Positions 40,138-52,192 of a stretch of 64,000 nt of DNA are shown here, one piece after another. Position 1 is the first letter of the stretch. Each line of letters starts with the position of its first letter. The stretch lies in assembly GCA_951406725.2 (NCBI GenBank), contig OX597817.1, forward strand, positions 67,208,001 through 67,272,000. Direction: 5' to 3'. The translations under genes were made by a program, and so were the position numbers. The notes under the pieces were generated by a model, which ran no database searches, was not told the origin of the DNA, and was given only the letters and a program-made list of their open reading frames with translations. The stretch comes from Octopus vulgaris. Its lineage: Eukaryota.

Positions 40138-40613
40138 ATGGGGTGTGGGAGACAGTATGTTGTGTAAGTGAAGTGCTTCTGTTAGTGTGTGTGAAGAGAC
40201 AGAGAGAGTAATGTGTGAAAGAGAGAGATAACTGAAATTTTTTACTCGGTGTATGTGTATATGTATGTCTGCATGTATGTGTGTGTGTATGTATGTGTAA
40301 GTATGTGTGTGTGTGTGTGTATGTGTGTGTGTGTATGTATGTATGGCCGATTCATCGTAATTACGATGAATCGGCCATACATACATAGATACATACACAC
40401 ACACACATACATGCAGACATACATATACACATACACCGAGTAAAAAATTTCAGTTATCTCTCTCTTTCACACATTACTCTCTCTGTCTCTTCACACACAC
40501 TAACAGAAGCACTTCACTTACACAACATACTGTCTCCCACACCCCATCAAACACACACACACACACACATGTACATCAATGCTTCCCTAGACGGTAACTT
40601 CAAAGACAAACTT
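40061..40613. repeat. Spacer-less near-perfect ~550-bp palindrome
   Basis: Centre ttcatcgtaa|ttacgatgaa at 40360/40361; arms differ mainly in microsatellite lengths and one G-run. Confidence 0.95.
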
Positions 40614-40754
40614 CCCTCGTCATAAAATCGCTTCCTCTTAGTCTCTTTCGCTCTCATTACTTATGTAAAAAAATAAAAGTTTTTTACGGAAATCGACGGA
40701 AAACTTGTGCTACGACAAGCGAAACTTCGCCGAAATTTAATATTAAAAAAGCAA

Positions 40755-40812
40755 AGAGCTGGCAGAAACGTTAGCACGCCGGGCGAAATGCGTAGCCGTA
40801 TTTCGTCTGCCG
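40755..40812 (+). mobile_element. SINE family B head fragment
   Basis: gagctggcagaaacgttagcacgccgggcgaaatgcgtagccgtatttcgtctgccg. Confidence 0.75.
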
Positions 40813-41189
40813 TGTTTGTTTACAGTTTTCCGAACGTTAGTACGTCACAAAAGCGCTTTCTACGTCACACTAATAGAATGCAGTCAAGTTTTACACATGA
40901 AAACAAACAATCTGATTGGTTAAAATTCGCAGTTTTAATCTACGATTAAAGTCATAAAATAGATTTTTCTCAAATAAACTAGTTCCAACCTGTGTCTTGT
41001 TTTGCTAGACTCTATCAGCATACGAAGTTTCAGATTATTTAGTTAAGTAGAAAGATCTGTGGTCCTGGCTTCAGAATAGAAAAGATCCTTCCTTTATGTG
41101 ATCATGAATGTATGCAAGTGTGCATTTGTGTATTTGTGTATACGTGCGTATGTACGTGTGTATGTGTGGGTACGAGTGTGTATGACTCT

Positions 41190-41228
<39 letters not shown>

Positions 41229-42234
41229 AGGGAGAGAGAGTGTGTATGTTTGAACGCGCACGCATATATTTCGTTTTGGTAAATTTCTTTCAGCGAATAT
41301 GAAATTAGATATACGTATAGCTACTGAAAGAAAGAGTTTATCTGCTTGGAAAATGATAAAAAAAAATATAGAAGAAAGAAAAAGAAAATGAACGACAGAC
41401 ATTCACACGGAAAGAAAGAAGGAGAGAGAGAAAGAAAAAAGAAAGAAAACAATTCGCCCTACTTAGTTCGGGGTCTATCGGACAACAGAATAATAAAGCT
41501 GTTACAGTGAGAGATCTGGCGATAAGAGTTCGAGATAAATATCAGCTGCTATCAAAAGGTTATCACCTTTGACTAGAGTTTATTTTATACGGTCAGTTAA
41601 CGAAAGACTTTCAACGTTTTCTCTTTTCGTCGTCACATCACTGATCAACAGAGCAAGAAGACTTTTGAAACATAAATCTTAACACTTTTATATTAAGCTA
41701 TGTGATCTGCCACCACCTACTTTCTACTAAAGGACCATCAATAAAAACTATATAAAAAAAAAACGAACAAACACTACTGCGGATACAATGATACATTTGC
41801 CTGTGCCCGTGTGTGTGTATTTGGATTTCTAGCAGGTTCAGCGAGCACGCAGGGGTTGTCTCGGTTGTACACATCGTGGGATGACATAGTGTATGCAAAT
41901 ATATTTGTGATTGTGTGCGAATATGTGTATGCCTGTGTGAGTGTAGTCAGTGGTTAAAAAAGAAAAAGAAAGAAAGATAGCTACATAGAATAGATAGATA
42001 GATAGATAAAAATGTAGTTACAAAGGTTACTATTAACAGAGGTAGAAAATGCATTTATCATCGTTAGGATTATGTGCAAGTAAGACCCCAGGAAAAGTAA
42101 AGCTAAGGTCACACCAAGATAAAATTCACAACCTAAGCAAGCAAAAACTTTCAATATCTAAAAAAAATTCCACAAGGAAAATTCTTTAGTTTTTATTCAT
42201 ACGAAGAAGAAGGAAAACAATAATTTTAATAATT

Positions 42235-42430
42235 CTTTCGACTATAGGTTCAAGGCGTGAAATTTTGTAGAAGCGGGGCTAGTCGATTACATCAACCCCA
42301 ATATTCAAATGATACTTATTTTATCGATCGCGAAAGGATGAAAGGCAAAGACGGCCTCAGCGCAAATTGAACTCAGAAAGTAAAGACGGACGAAATACCG
42401 CTACGCATTTTGTCCAGCGTGTTAACGATT
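42235..42430 (-). mobile_element. SINE family B
   Basis: cgaaaggatgaaaggcaaag..ttgaactcagaa..gacgaaataccgct. Confidence 0.75.
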
Positions 42431-42511
42431 TTGTCAATAATGTATGTACATAAGTATTATGTATGTATGTATGTATGTATGTATGTATGTATGTATGTAT
42501 TTCTTTTTTCC

Positions 42512-42715
42512 TTTTTTACTTGTTTCAGTCATCTGATTGCGGCCATGTTGGAGCACCGCCTTTTAGTCGAGCTAATCGACCCCAGGACTTATTCTTTGTA
42601 AGCCTAGTACTTAAACTATCGGTCACTTTTGCCGAACCGCTAAGTTACGGGAACGTAAACACACCAGCATCAGTTGTCAAGCGATGTTGGGGAGGGGACA
42701 AACACAGACACACAA

Positions 42716-42746
<31 letters not shown>

Positions 42747-42926
42747 CATACACTTATATACGACCGGCTTCTTTTCAGTTTCCGTCTACTAAATCCACTC
42801 ACAAGGCTTTGGTCGGCCCGAGGCTATAGTAGAAGACACTTGCCCAAGGTGCCACGCAGTGGGACTGAACCTGGAACCATGTGGTTGGTAAGAAAGCTAC
42901 TTACCACACAGTCACTCCTGCGCCTA
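42512..42926 (-). mobile_element. SINE family A, full length
   Basis: Reverse complement of the 15458-15872 type. Confidence 0.9.
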
Positions 42927-42934
42927 TATGTAGA

Positions 42935-43150
42935 GGAAGCCATAGTTAGTTCCAGGGAAGTATGTTTACAAAACTGAAACGTAATTGAATTGACAGGTAG
43001 CTACTATCAGGAGTGGTTTAATTTGACCAGCATGGGTATACCCATCCGATCCAGCCTCCGATCGCATTAACTGACCGATAGCTCTTTCTCAATATGTTGG
43101 GTGGTAGTACCTGACCGCTTTTAGTTGGTTGTGCGATGCGTCTGGTTTAT
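42935..43150 (+). pseudogene. Decayed 18S rRNA fragment
   Basis: Colinear degenerate matches to conserved SSU blocks: gggaagtatg..aaactgaaac, gaattgac, caggagtgg, ttaatttgac, gatagctctttctc, gggtggt, ttagttggt..gcgat..gtctggtt. Confidence 0.8.
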
Positions 43151-43634
43151 ATATATAAAGGAAAACAAAAAGGTTGTTTATATAGTAACTAGTTACATCA
43201 TCATCCGCGCTTTCCACAAACAGTGAATAAATATCAGTTATATGCGGAAAAATCTTATTACTTGATTACATTGTAAAATCTTCAGAGATTGTGTAACTCT
43301 CATTAGAAATGCTTAGCATTCATACCTGGCCGGCGACAGCGTTTTCATATCAACTAGTGGGAGAAGAACGTCGTATCTTCACGAGAGACATTTTCCTCCC
43401 ACAATTAAAGACAAAAAGTAATTGACTAAATTCAGCACAGTCGATGATGTAGTTGATACGACAACGCTGTTGTCTATTCAACATGAATACAAGTATAACT
43501 AATGAGTGTGACATAATCTGTGAAAATCTGAAATGCAGCTAGATAATATGATTTTCAATATATATATATATATCGTCATGTTGGACCGTTGAACTCTGCA
43601 CATTTTTCTCTCTCCGTTTATTTCCCTCTTAATC

Positions 43635-43670
43635 CTTTCTGTCGAAGAGTGCAGGCTCGAAAAGTAAAAG
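43635..43670 (+). ncRNA. Hammerhead variant (A6U core)
   Basis: cttt-CTGTCGA-a-gagt[gcag]gctc-GAAA-ag-TA-aaag. Confidence 0.5.
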
Positions 43671-44017
43671 ACTTTTCCATTCTTTCCCAGCGTTAAACTA
43701 ACACACCTGCTTGTTGTTCCTACACCGGTCTTCGTCTTTATTTTCTGTAAATTTGAGCTGGTGGCTGGTCTGCTTTTCAAATGGCGGTGCCCCAGCATGG
43801 CCACAGCTCATTAGCTGAAACTGGAAAAATCAAAATCAAAAAAATCAAATATATATATATATATTTCTCAACATGCCTGACTTGCATTCGTTCCTCCACT
43901 TTGAAAGAACTTTTCTTCACCCATTTCCTTCCGGTCATTCAAAATGTGACCGCGTGTGTACCGTTGGCAATTTTTTTCCCTCTGTCTTCCCTTCTCTGGA
44001 TCTTTCCCTTCACCTAT

Positions 44018-44052
44018 GTTTTCGACGAAGAGCTCCGCTTGAAACGTTATAC
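44018..44052 (+). ncRNA. Decayed hammerhead-like motif
   Basis: gttt-TCGACGA-a-gagc[tcc]gctt-GAAA-cg-TT-atac. Confidence 0.45.
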
Positions 44053-44144
44053 CCTCCTTCATTCCTTCTTTCCTGGGCGTCCAATAATACTATATTTGTC
44101 CTCGCGTTGTTGTGTTTTTTTTTTGTGCTTTCATGTTTGGATTA

Positions 44145-44182
<38 letters not shown>

Positions 44183-44183
44183 C

Positions 44184-44234
<51 letters not shown>

Positions 44235-44379
44235 TATAGATATCTTTTACTTAGACTGCGACCAAGTTGATGCACCGACATCGGGAAATTTTAGTCGAAT
44301 AAATTGCCCCCGATATATTTTGTTAATGTTCTGGTACTTTTTCTCTCGAGCCCTTTTTGATAAACCTTTTGGTAAATTA

Positions 44380-45050
44380 TGCCGTTGTTGTCATACGAGT
44401 CGAAGACAGCGACTTAAAAACTGCTAAGTTTTTAAAAGATTTTTTTGTACACAAAATTCGGTTAGAATTTGAAGCTTCTGGCGGGAATGTTTCAACTATC
44501 AAAGAGAAAAAACACTCTAAAGCATTTGTACGCTATAAAGATATCGCATTTCTTACAACGGGTTCAAAACACTATCGACGGCGATCCTGGAAAATCAATG
44601 AGAGGTACTGTTAATAGAACTTCAGGTGGCCTTCAGAGCTGTAGTTCATGTCACCTCACATCTTCCTGCACAATCTCAAAACTAATGTTACTAGATATGT
44701 TGTGATACTGGAGAAAGTTGTTAAACACTAATTGGATGAAACACACGATAGAAGGTTACACGTATTTCAATAAAACTCAGCATCTTTCCACGAAGCCCAT
44801 GTAACCCATGAATGGATGTCAGACGATCTTTAGAATCATGAAACCCTGAACTTGTGGCCTCCAAAGCTCATCAGATTTAAATCTTATGTAATACTACGTT
44901 TGGAGCGTTGTTGAAGCGGGAGCTAATCGTCATTCTCACAATACTGTAGTCTCACTGAAGGGTGCTATTGTCCTGATGATGTTCGAAACGAATAAGGACC
45001 ATTTAGTGTAGGTATGTTTGCTTCATCGATGCTGAAGTCGGGTTCATACA
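44380..45050 (+). mobile_element. Tc1/mariner (maT/DD37D-like) transposase remnant
   Basis: VFQ*NSASFHEAHVTHEWM; NLWPP../SSDLNLM*YYVWSVVEAGANRHSHNTVVSLKGAI. Confidence 0.7.
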
Positions 45051-45422
45051 ATAATATTATAAGAAAGTTTATCAAGAACGTGTGCACAAACTTTTCTTAA
45101 AATACTTTTGGGTCTTGCTAGGTTAGAGGTTGAATTACTAAATGTGTCCTCAAATACCTCTCGCACTATGTATGTATATATGTATGTAATTGATGTATGT
45201 ATGTATATATGTATGTACATATGTATGTATCTATTTAGGCGCGCGCATGCGTGTGTGCTAGCATGCATAGTTTGTTTTTAGATTTTTGCTTGTCGTATTC
45301 ATTACTCAACTTGTAAGAAATAACTAAACTTTATTGAGGCGGAAGTTGTTGGCAAACTAGACTGAGTACGTATGAACTACCAGATATAGAAATAGACAGG
45401 GGATTAACTTAATTTATATACA

Positions 45423-45454
<32 letters not shown>

Positions 45455-45463
45455 CATACATAC

Positions 45464-45575
<112 letters not shown>

Positions 45576-45680
45576 GACAAGGCTGCTTTGCAAATATATA
45601 AGAGATTTAATAATGCTTACAGTCAGTTTTTCGAAATCAGTGACAGAAGTCACTAGAAAAACTCTTATGTATTTGCAAAG

Positions 45681-46510
45681 ACGACGTCCTAGGAGGGGCT
45701 CTGGGGTTCGACGAAGACCAGCTTACCAACCTGTTTAAAAAGACTTTCAGGACGGGGTATTTGGATAATTTCCAAAGATCCCTGGCCTGGCAGTGTAATA
45801 GGAATGCTTTACCTGTTCGCGAGAAGTTATCGCGGCACGGAATTTCAGTGCCACCGACATGTCCAAGATGCGGGTTGGACGATGAAACCGTCCAGCACGC
45901 TTTTGTACACTGTCGGCAGTTGTCAGACTTGATAAGTTACGCAGAACACGTGTTATCGCATCTGGGACGAGTACAGCTGTCGGCTGAGTCTATGATTAAG
46001 ATGATACCGCCAACTGGACTCTCGAAGGAAGGTGAGGCAGGTTTTCACTGCACGGTTGCAGTAGTAAAAGAATGCATGTGGCGTACAAGAATGGAAGGAG
46101 TCGCAATAGGATCATTTGTCTCAGGCCCCGGCTTGCTCACTTACTTCAGATATCATCTGAAGAGCAAAATGGGGCTGGAAAAGAAGACCTTACTACGAGG
46201 TGTGTATGAAAAAAGATGGAAAGAAGTGGCGAAAAAGGTGGGTGTCAGAAACCCAGTTTAACTATGGATGGAGAAGAGGAAAGGAAAGCTGCGGGGCCTT
46301 ATAGGTTGCTGGGGTTTAAAATATATCGGTAAGATTTCAATCTAATGTAATGTTATATTAGTCAATGCAAAGGACAATTTAAATACAGTTTTTTGTATAA
46401 TGAATAATCCATATATTTTGGAAATTTTTAAACGAACCACTTAACTGTTTTTTGTATGTATGTCCTGTATTGTTCTTCTATGTACTGATTTTATAATCGT
46501 AATAAAGAAT
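45681..46510 (+). mobile_element. L1/Tx1-clade LINE 3' end (zf-RVT domain, 3' UTR, AATAAA)
   Basis: ORF 45761-46261 has AWQCNRNALPVREKL..CPRCGLDDETVQHAFVHC..MWRTR; aataaa at 46501. Confidence 0.85.
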
Positions 46511-47072
46511 TAATCGCGACAAAAGTCCCGAAACTAGTCCGAGCGTATCACTCAGGCTTGCGAAAAAGGGATGGCCTCCCTTTGCAAATACTTCAAGGGC
46601 ACTGAAATGGTGTCTAAAGCCAGCCGGAGAAGACGATCTCCTGGGGCTATAGAGCTACAGTAACACCCCCTCCCCTATGTGGTTAGCTATATTAAGATGG
46701 CTTCTATACTTTACATTATCGAGCGATTACTGTTTACATCTCATTCTGAGATTTAATAATGCTTTTCTGAATACTTTAAGACAAATATCTGAAATTTTTC
46801 TCGGATATCAAATTTATTAATCTTTAGCAAATATACGGGCGAAACAACAGTTGTGCTATATACTGAAGCTTTATTTCTATTAAAATTCTCGTTTAATATA
46901 TATATGTACATATAAATTCTTACATACAAGTTCTATTCTAGTAGGTTTCAAGAATATTACACCTTAATATCTCATCTTTTCTCATATTTTATGCCTAAGA
47001 CGTATTTTCTATTCTGGTTTATATATACCTCTTTCTACTAATACTTTATATTTATATCTACATTTATAAATA

Positions 47073-47218
47073 TAAGTAGCTTCCTTACGAACCACATGGT
47101 CCCGGGTTCCGTCCCACTGCGTGGCACCTTGGACAAGTGTCTTCTACTATAGCCTCGGGCCGACCAAAGCCTTGTGAGTGGATTTGGCCGACGGATACTG
47201 AAAGAAGCCAGTCGTATG

Positions 47219-47306
<88 letters not shown>

Positions 47307-47490
47307 TGTGTCAGTGTTTGTCCCCTCAATATCGCTTGACAACCGATGCTGGTGTGTTTAACACGCCGTAACTTAGCGGTTCGGCAAAAGATACGGATAG
47401 AATAAGTACTAGGCTTACACAGAATAAGTCCTGGGGTCGATTTGTACGACTAAAGGCGTTGCTCAAGCATGACTGAAAGAAGTAAAACAA
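47073..47490 (+). mobile_element. SINE family A, 5'-clipped
   Basis: Matches family A from taagtagctt to the tail. Confidence 0.88.
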
Positions 47491-47689
47491 AAATTTCTAA
47501 TTTATTTTAACCGAAACGGGAGCAACAGTTTGAGACGAAGACGCATTTTGTCGAAATGCGGAGTAGATACAAAAAGCCGATAACTGGAAAGCTTTTCTTA
47601 TGTTGCTTGTCTTGTTTCTTTCGTTTCTTCGATGTTTTTGTATTTCATGTTTTCGTTGCCTAAAACGCTGCTGCATATGTGTACGTGAG

Positions 47690-48070
47690 ATTGAACATAC
47701 ATGCATACACATATATATACACAAACATACATATTCATACATACATACATATACATACATACATACACATAGAGAAACACACACACATACACACACACAT
47801 ACATGCACACACATACATACACACACATACATACACACACATACATACATGCATACACGCACACACATACATGCACATACATACATGCACATACATGCAC
47901 ATATATACAGATACACACATACATACATACACACACATACATACACACACACATACACACACACACACATACACACACATACATACATACGTACACACGC
48001 ATACATACATGCACATACATAGATACATACATGCACATACATACATATATACACATACATACATATACAT
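47690..48070. repeat. Degenerate (CA/TACA)n microsatellite field
   Basis: Directly visible. Confidence 0.9.
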
Positions 48071-48071
48071 A

Positions 48072-49671
48072 CAGTGGGGGGAAATAAATATTCGTAAACG
48101 TCAAAATTCTTTATTTATTTAATTTCTAATGAACATAAATGTGATATACCAATACTATATTTGCATACACATGCATAAGCTAAGAATATGCAAAAGAAAC
48201 TTATAAATTATAGTAACTAAGGAATTTATATTCAATAATAAATATTTAGGGGTGAAAAAAGTATTCGTACAGAACATAAATTACTGATAATTCTGATTTA
48301 ATACTTCGTAGCATAACCATTATTCAGTTCCACTTCAACCAATCTCTTCTTGTAGTTCTTAATCAATGATTCGTATGTTTCTTTAGGAATTTTTTCCCAT
48401 TCTTCTCGACAAATTTTCTTCAAATCTGCAATGCACATTGGGGCTCTTGAATGAATTTTAATTTTCAAATAATGCCACAAATTTTCAATGGGGTTCAAGT
48501 CAGGTGACTGGCTTGGCCATTCTAATAATTTTATATTGTGATCAACAATCCATTTTTTGTAGACTTCGCCGTGTGCTTAGGATCGTTATCCTCTTGTAAA
48601 ACCCACCCTTCACATAGCTGGAGCTTTTCTACATAGTCCCATAAATCATTGTTCAAAATATTCTGGTACATCTCTGCATTCATTCTACCATCTATCACAT
48701 GTAAATTGCCAGTACCATTTGCAGAGAAATACCCCCGCACCATGATGTTGCCACCTCCAAACTTTAGGGTAGGAATTGTGTTTTTGGCGAATAGGCGGTA
48801 CCATCTTTCCTCCGAACATGGCTCCAAACAATTCAATCTTCGACTCGTCTGTCCATAGAACATTTTCCCAGAATGTATCAGATTTATCTTTATGTTCATA
48901 AACAAATTTTAAAAGGGCATCTCTATGCTTTTTAGTCAACAGCGGAGTGTCTCTAGGAGAGCGTGACTTCAGTTCATTCTTATGAAGTTCATTGCTGATT
49001 ATTCGCAGTGTATCACTAGTCTCTGAAGCTAACAAATCTTCTTGCAACTCCTTTCTGGTGATCATTGCGTTTTTTCCTATTCTTCGCTTCATTTTTCTTA
49101 AAGATCTTGGGGAAATCTTGCATGGTGCATGGGATCTTATTCTGTTTCCAACAGTTTCCGATTTTTTTTATATATTTGAATAAATGAATAAATGAAGGGT
49201 GGGTTTTACAAGAGGATAACGATCCTAAGCACACGGCGAAGTCTACAAAAAATGGATTGTTGATCACTTTTACCTGCTTTCCACTGTTCAATAATTAAGT
49301 TTTTCACTGAATTTGAGTTCTTTACTTTTCGCCATAATTACGTTGTCTCAATGCTGAATGAAGAAGCTAGTGTTTTGACACTTAAAAATGACAACTATTG
49401 GAACAAACGAGAAAGTTCTAGTAAAAAAAATTATTTTAACAGTATTTTGTGGCATAGAAAATCATAAATTTATTCTGTGCGAATACTTTTTTCACCCCTA
49501 AATATTTATAATTGTATATAAATTTATTAGTTACTATAATTTATTAGTTTCTTTTGCATATTCTTAGTTTATGCATGTGTATGCAAATATAGTATTGGTA
49601 TATCCCATTTATGTTCATTAGAAATTAAATAAAGAATTTTGACATGTATGAATATTTATTTCCCCCCACTG
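48072..49671 (-). mobile_element. Tc1-like (DD34E) transposon with ~210-bp TIRs; transposase disrupted
   Basis: TA|cagtggggggaaataaatattc ... gaatatttatttccccccactg|TA; [56 protein letters not shown]. Confidence 0.95.
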
Positions 49672-49687
49672 TATAAATATATATATA

Positions 49688-50350
49688 CACAAAGATAATT
49701 TGATAGATGCAACTGAGTGGGCAAACAAAAATATGAGACACAGCGTACTTATTCTATTAGTTTCTTCTTGTGAAACCAGTAAGTTATGGGGATGTAAATA
49801 AACGAACAGCAGTTGTGAAGCAGGGATGAGGGTGAAATACAGAAACAAAGTCACACACATACACTTAAATATATACATACATATATATACGATTGATTTC
49901 TTTAAGTTTCTGTCTACGAAATATATATATATATATGTCTGTGTGTGTGTGTGTATGTACACACACACACACACACACTCACACACACAAAGATAAATTG
50001 TGTGGGCAAACAAAAATATGAGATACTGCCTAGTTGTTTTTTTAATTTTGATAAGCCTGGTACTTATTCTATCAGTTTCTTCTTGTGAAATCAGTAAGTT
50101 ATGGGGATGTAAATAAACGAACACCAGGTGTGAGGCAGTGATGAGGGAGAAATACAAAGACACACACACAGACTTACATATATACATACGATTGATTTCT
50201 TTCAGTTTCTGTCTACAAAATCCACTGACAAGGCTTTGGTTGGCCTGAGGCTATAGCAGAAGACACATGCCAAGTCACCACACTGTGGGACTGACCTGAG
50301 GACCATGTGTTTTGGAACGAAGTTTGTTATCACACAGCCACACCTGCACC
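49688..50350 (-). mobile_element. Diverged SINE family A with tandemly duplicated 3' part
   Basis: tgggcaaacaaaaatatgaga...cagtaagttatggggatgtaaataaacgaaca occurs twice (~49720 and ~50000); head at ~50345. Confidence 0.7.
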
Positions 50351-50448
50351 TCTGTGTGTGTGTGTATGTGTGAATGGGTGTATATATGTATGCATGTATA
50401 TATGTGAATATATATGTGTACATATTACATGTACATCTATATATGTAC

Positions 50449-50838
50449 ACTAGCAGTATCACACGGTGTTGCTTGGGTTTGTTTCGACCCTTTAGAATTG
50501 GAATTTTTGAAAAGTTAAAATTTTGCATTATGCAACTTGTTATTCTTTTCAAGTGAACATTTTCCCAGTTGAAATACATCGAAAAATGGTGACACAGCAG
50601 TCAAAAATCGTAAAAAATAGGGATTTTCATAGAAAAAAAGCACCTTTTTGATGTAAATAATTTTTGGTGTGAACACGGTCCGATTTGAATTTTATCTTCT
50701 ACAGAATGAAGAGCACGCCTTCTTCTATCATATTCTCAATTTTGGTCAACTTGCGCGCAGGGTCTCGAAGGAGATAGTGTTAGTTGAAGGCTACCAAACC
50801 TGCCACACACAGACAACTTCAGCTTTATATATATAGAT
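50449..50838 (-). mobile_element. Non-autonomous Helitron
   Basis: Same termini as 14524-14908 (actagcagtatc..gttgct...acagacaa..tttatata.a.agat). Confidence 0.7.
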
Positions 50839-51778
50839 TTGCTACACACTACTTTCCATCCTTAATAATGAAACTTGGTAGATCCAAAAGTTAAACACAG
50901 AGACACACACACAAATACACACACAGGCACACAAGTTGAGTTTTATATATATAGATTTCTCAACGGGAATTTCAGGGGAGAGTTTCAAGGAGCCGCTGGC
51001 GATGTATCGTGATGATCAAAAATCCGGCCTGCTAAAATTTGGTTAAAGTGATTCAAACTGCAGACTCATCGCAAAATGGTCACATTTAATTCAAAGTGTT
51101 AAAAATGTTATGAAAACAATTGGTATGTGTTCACAAAGTCCAAACGATTAATACGAAAAAACCCTCCAGGCTACATCCCGAAAATTCATTTTTTTGCCGA
51201 ATTTCTACAATGTTTACGGCGATTCGTTTTTATATCTTGATTTTTTATTTTTCATGTAACTAACGCATGCTTGCACGCGTGGTGAACACAGTTCACGTCA
51301 AACATGCATGGGATAAGGCCTAAACAAACACAGTATCAGAAGTGGGTGGGTGCCAATGTGCATAATGAAGTGGAGGAGGCGATACATTCCTTAATGATAT
51401 GAGACTTTCACGAAGATGGAATGGATATAATTACCAATCCTTTCCTCCAATTGAACTGTTGTTGCTATTTTTGTCATTGTTGTTGTAGTTTTTCATGTTC
51501 TTCTCATAATCTTCATCATCGTCATCATCATTATGAATTTTTTTTTTCTTTCAATTTCCTTTCCGTTTCTTACCATGCATCTTCCCGACACCTAGGGCAA
51601 AGACATTCACTGTATTCATTGATAGGCCATTGAAATAAGCACACCAGATTGTTGATTTACAAAATCAAAGTAATGTAAAAAAATAGATATTTACGTGGAA
51701 GGTTATCGTTTATCGTTCTCACGGCGAAATACTGACTTAATACGTGTGACGTACCAATTAAAACAATCTTTTGCACAT

Positions 51779-51823
51779 CGTCTTCTTCTTCTTCTTCTTC
51801 TTCTTCTTCTTCTTCTTCTTCTT

Positions 51824-51853
<30 letters not shown>
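51779..51853. repeat. (CTT)n microsatellite
   Basis: Directly visible. Confidence 0.95.
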
Positions 51854-51854
<1 letters not shown>

Positions 51855-52192
51855 GGCATGCTATGGATTTTAATGCGCAGACACGCACTCAGGTTGCACC
51901 ATCTGCAGCGATTTCTAGACGGTGAACGTGTGTGGGCTCCATTTGTGAGACACGCCTTTCTGCAGCTCGTCTCCTTGACGTAGCTGCAGTCCTGGGTAAG
52001 GGATTGGCCTGGCACTTAGAGTGTCGTCAGGCGCTCACTTTCCTCTAGAAGTCTGGCAGATTAATAGCGGAGAAGTGCGACGACGTCCTCGGGGAAACCC
52101 TAGTCGTCGACGAAGACGAACTGGCAAGTCTGTTCAGGAGGGCTTTCCAGTCGGGGACTGTTATGGATAATTTCCAGATGTCTTTGGCCTGG
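51855..52192 (+). mobile_element. L1/Tx1-clade LINE fragment, same family as 45681-46510
   Basis: DDVLGETLVVDEDELASLFRRAFQSGTVMDNFQMSLAW aligns with DDVLGGALGFDEDQLTNLFKKTFRTGYLDNFQRSLAW. Confidence 0.8.

Larger units (their letters stand above)
39775..41088. mobile_element. Non-autonomous DNA transposon, 24-bp perfect TIRs starting GG, 8-bp TSD (Merlin- or Mutator-like)
   Basis: ggatcttttctattctgaagccag / ctggcttcagaatagaaaagatcc; TSD ttccttta on both sides; subterminal similarity (gaaacttcgtat/atacgaagtttc). Confidence 0.85.
43575..44150 (+). mobile_element. Two Penelope-like pLTR fragments carrying hammerhead variants
   Basis: Pyrimidine-rich segments bounded by (TA)n, each with a gagY[..]gctY-GAAA motif. 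Confidence 0.55.
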
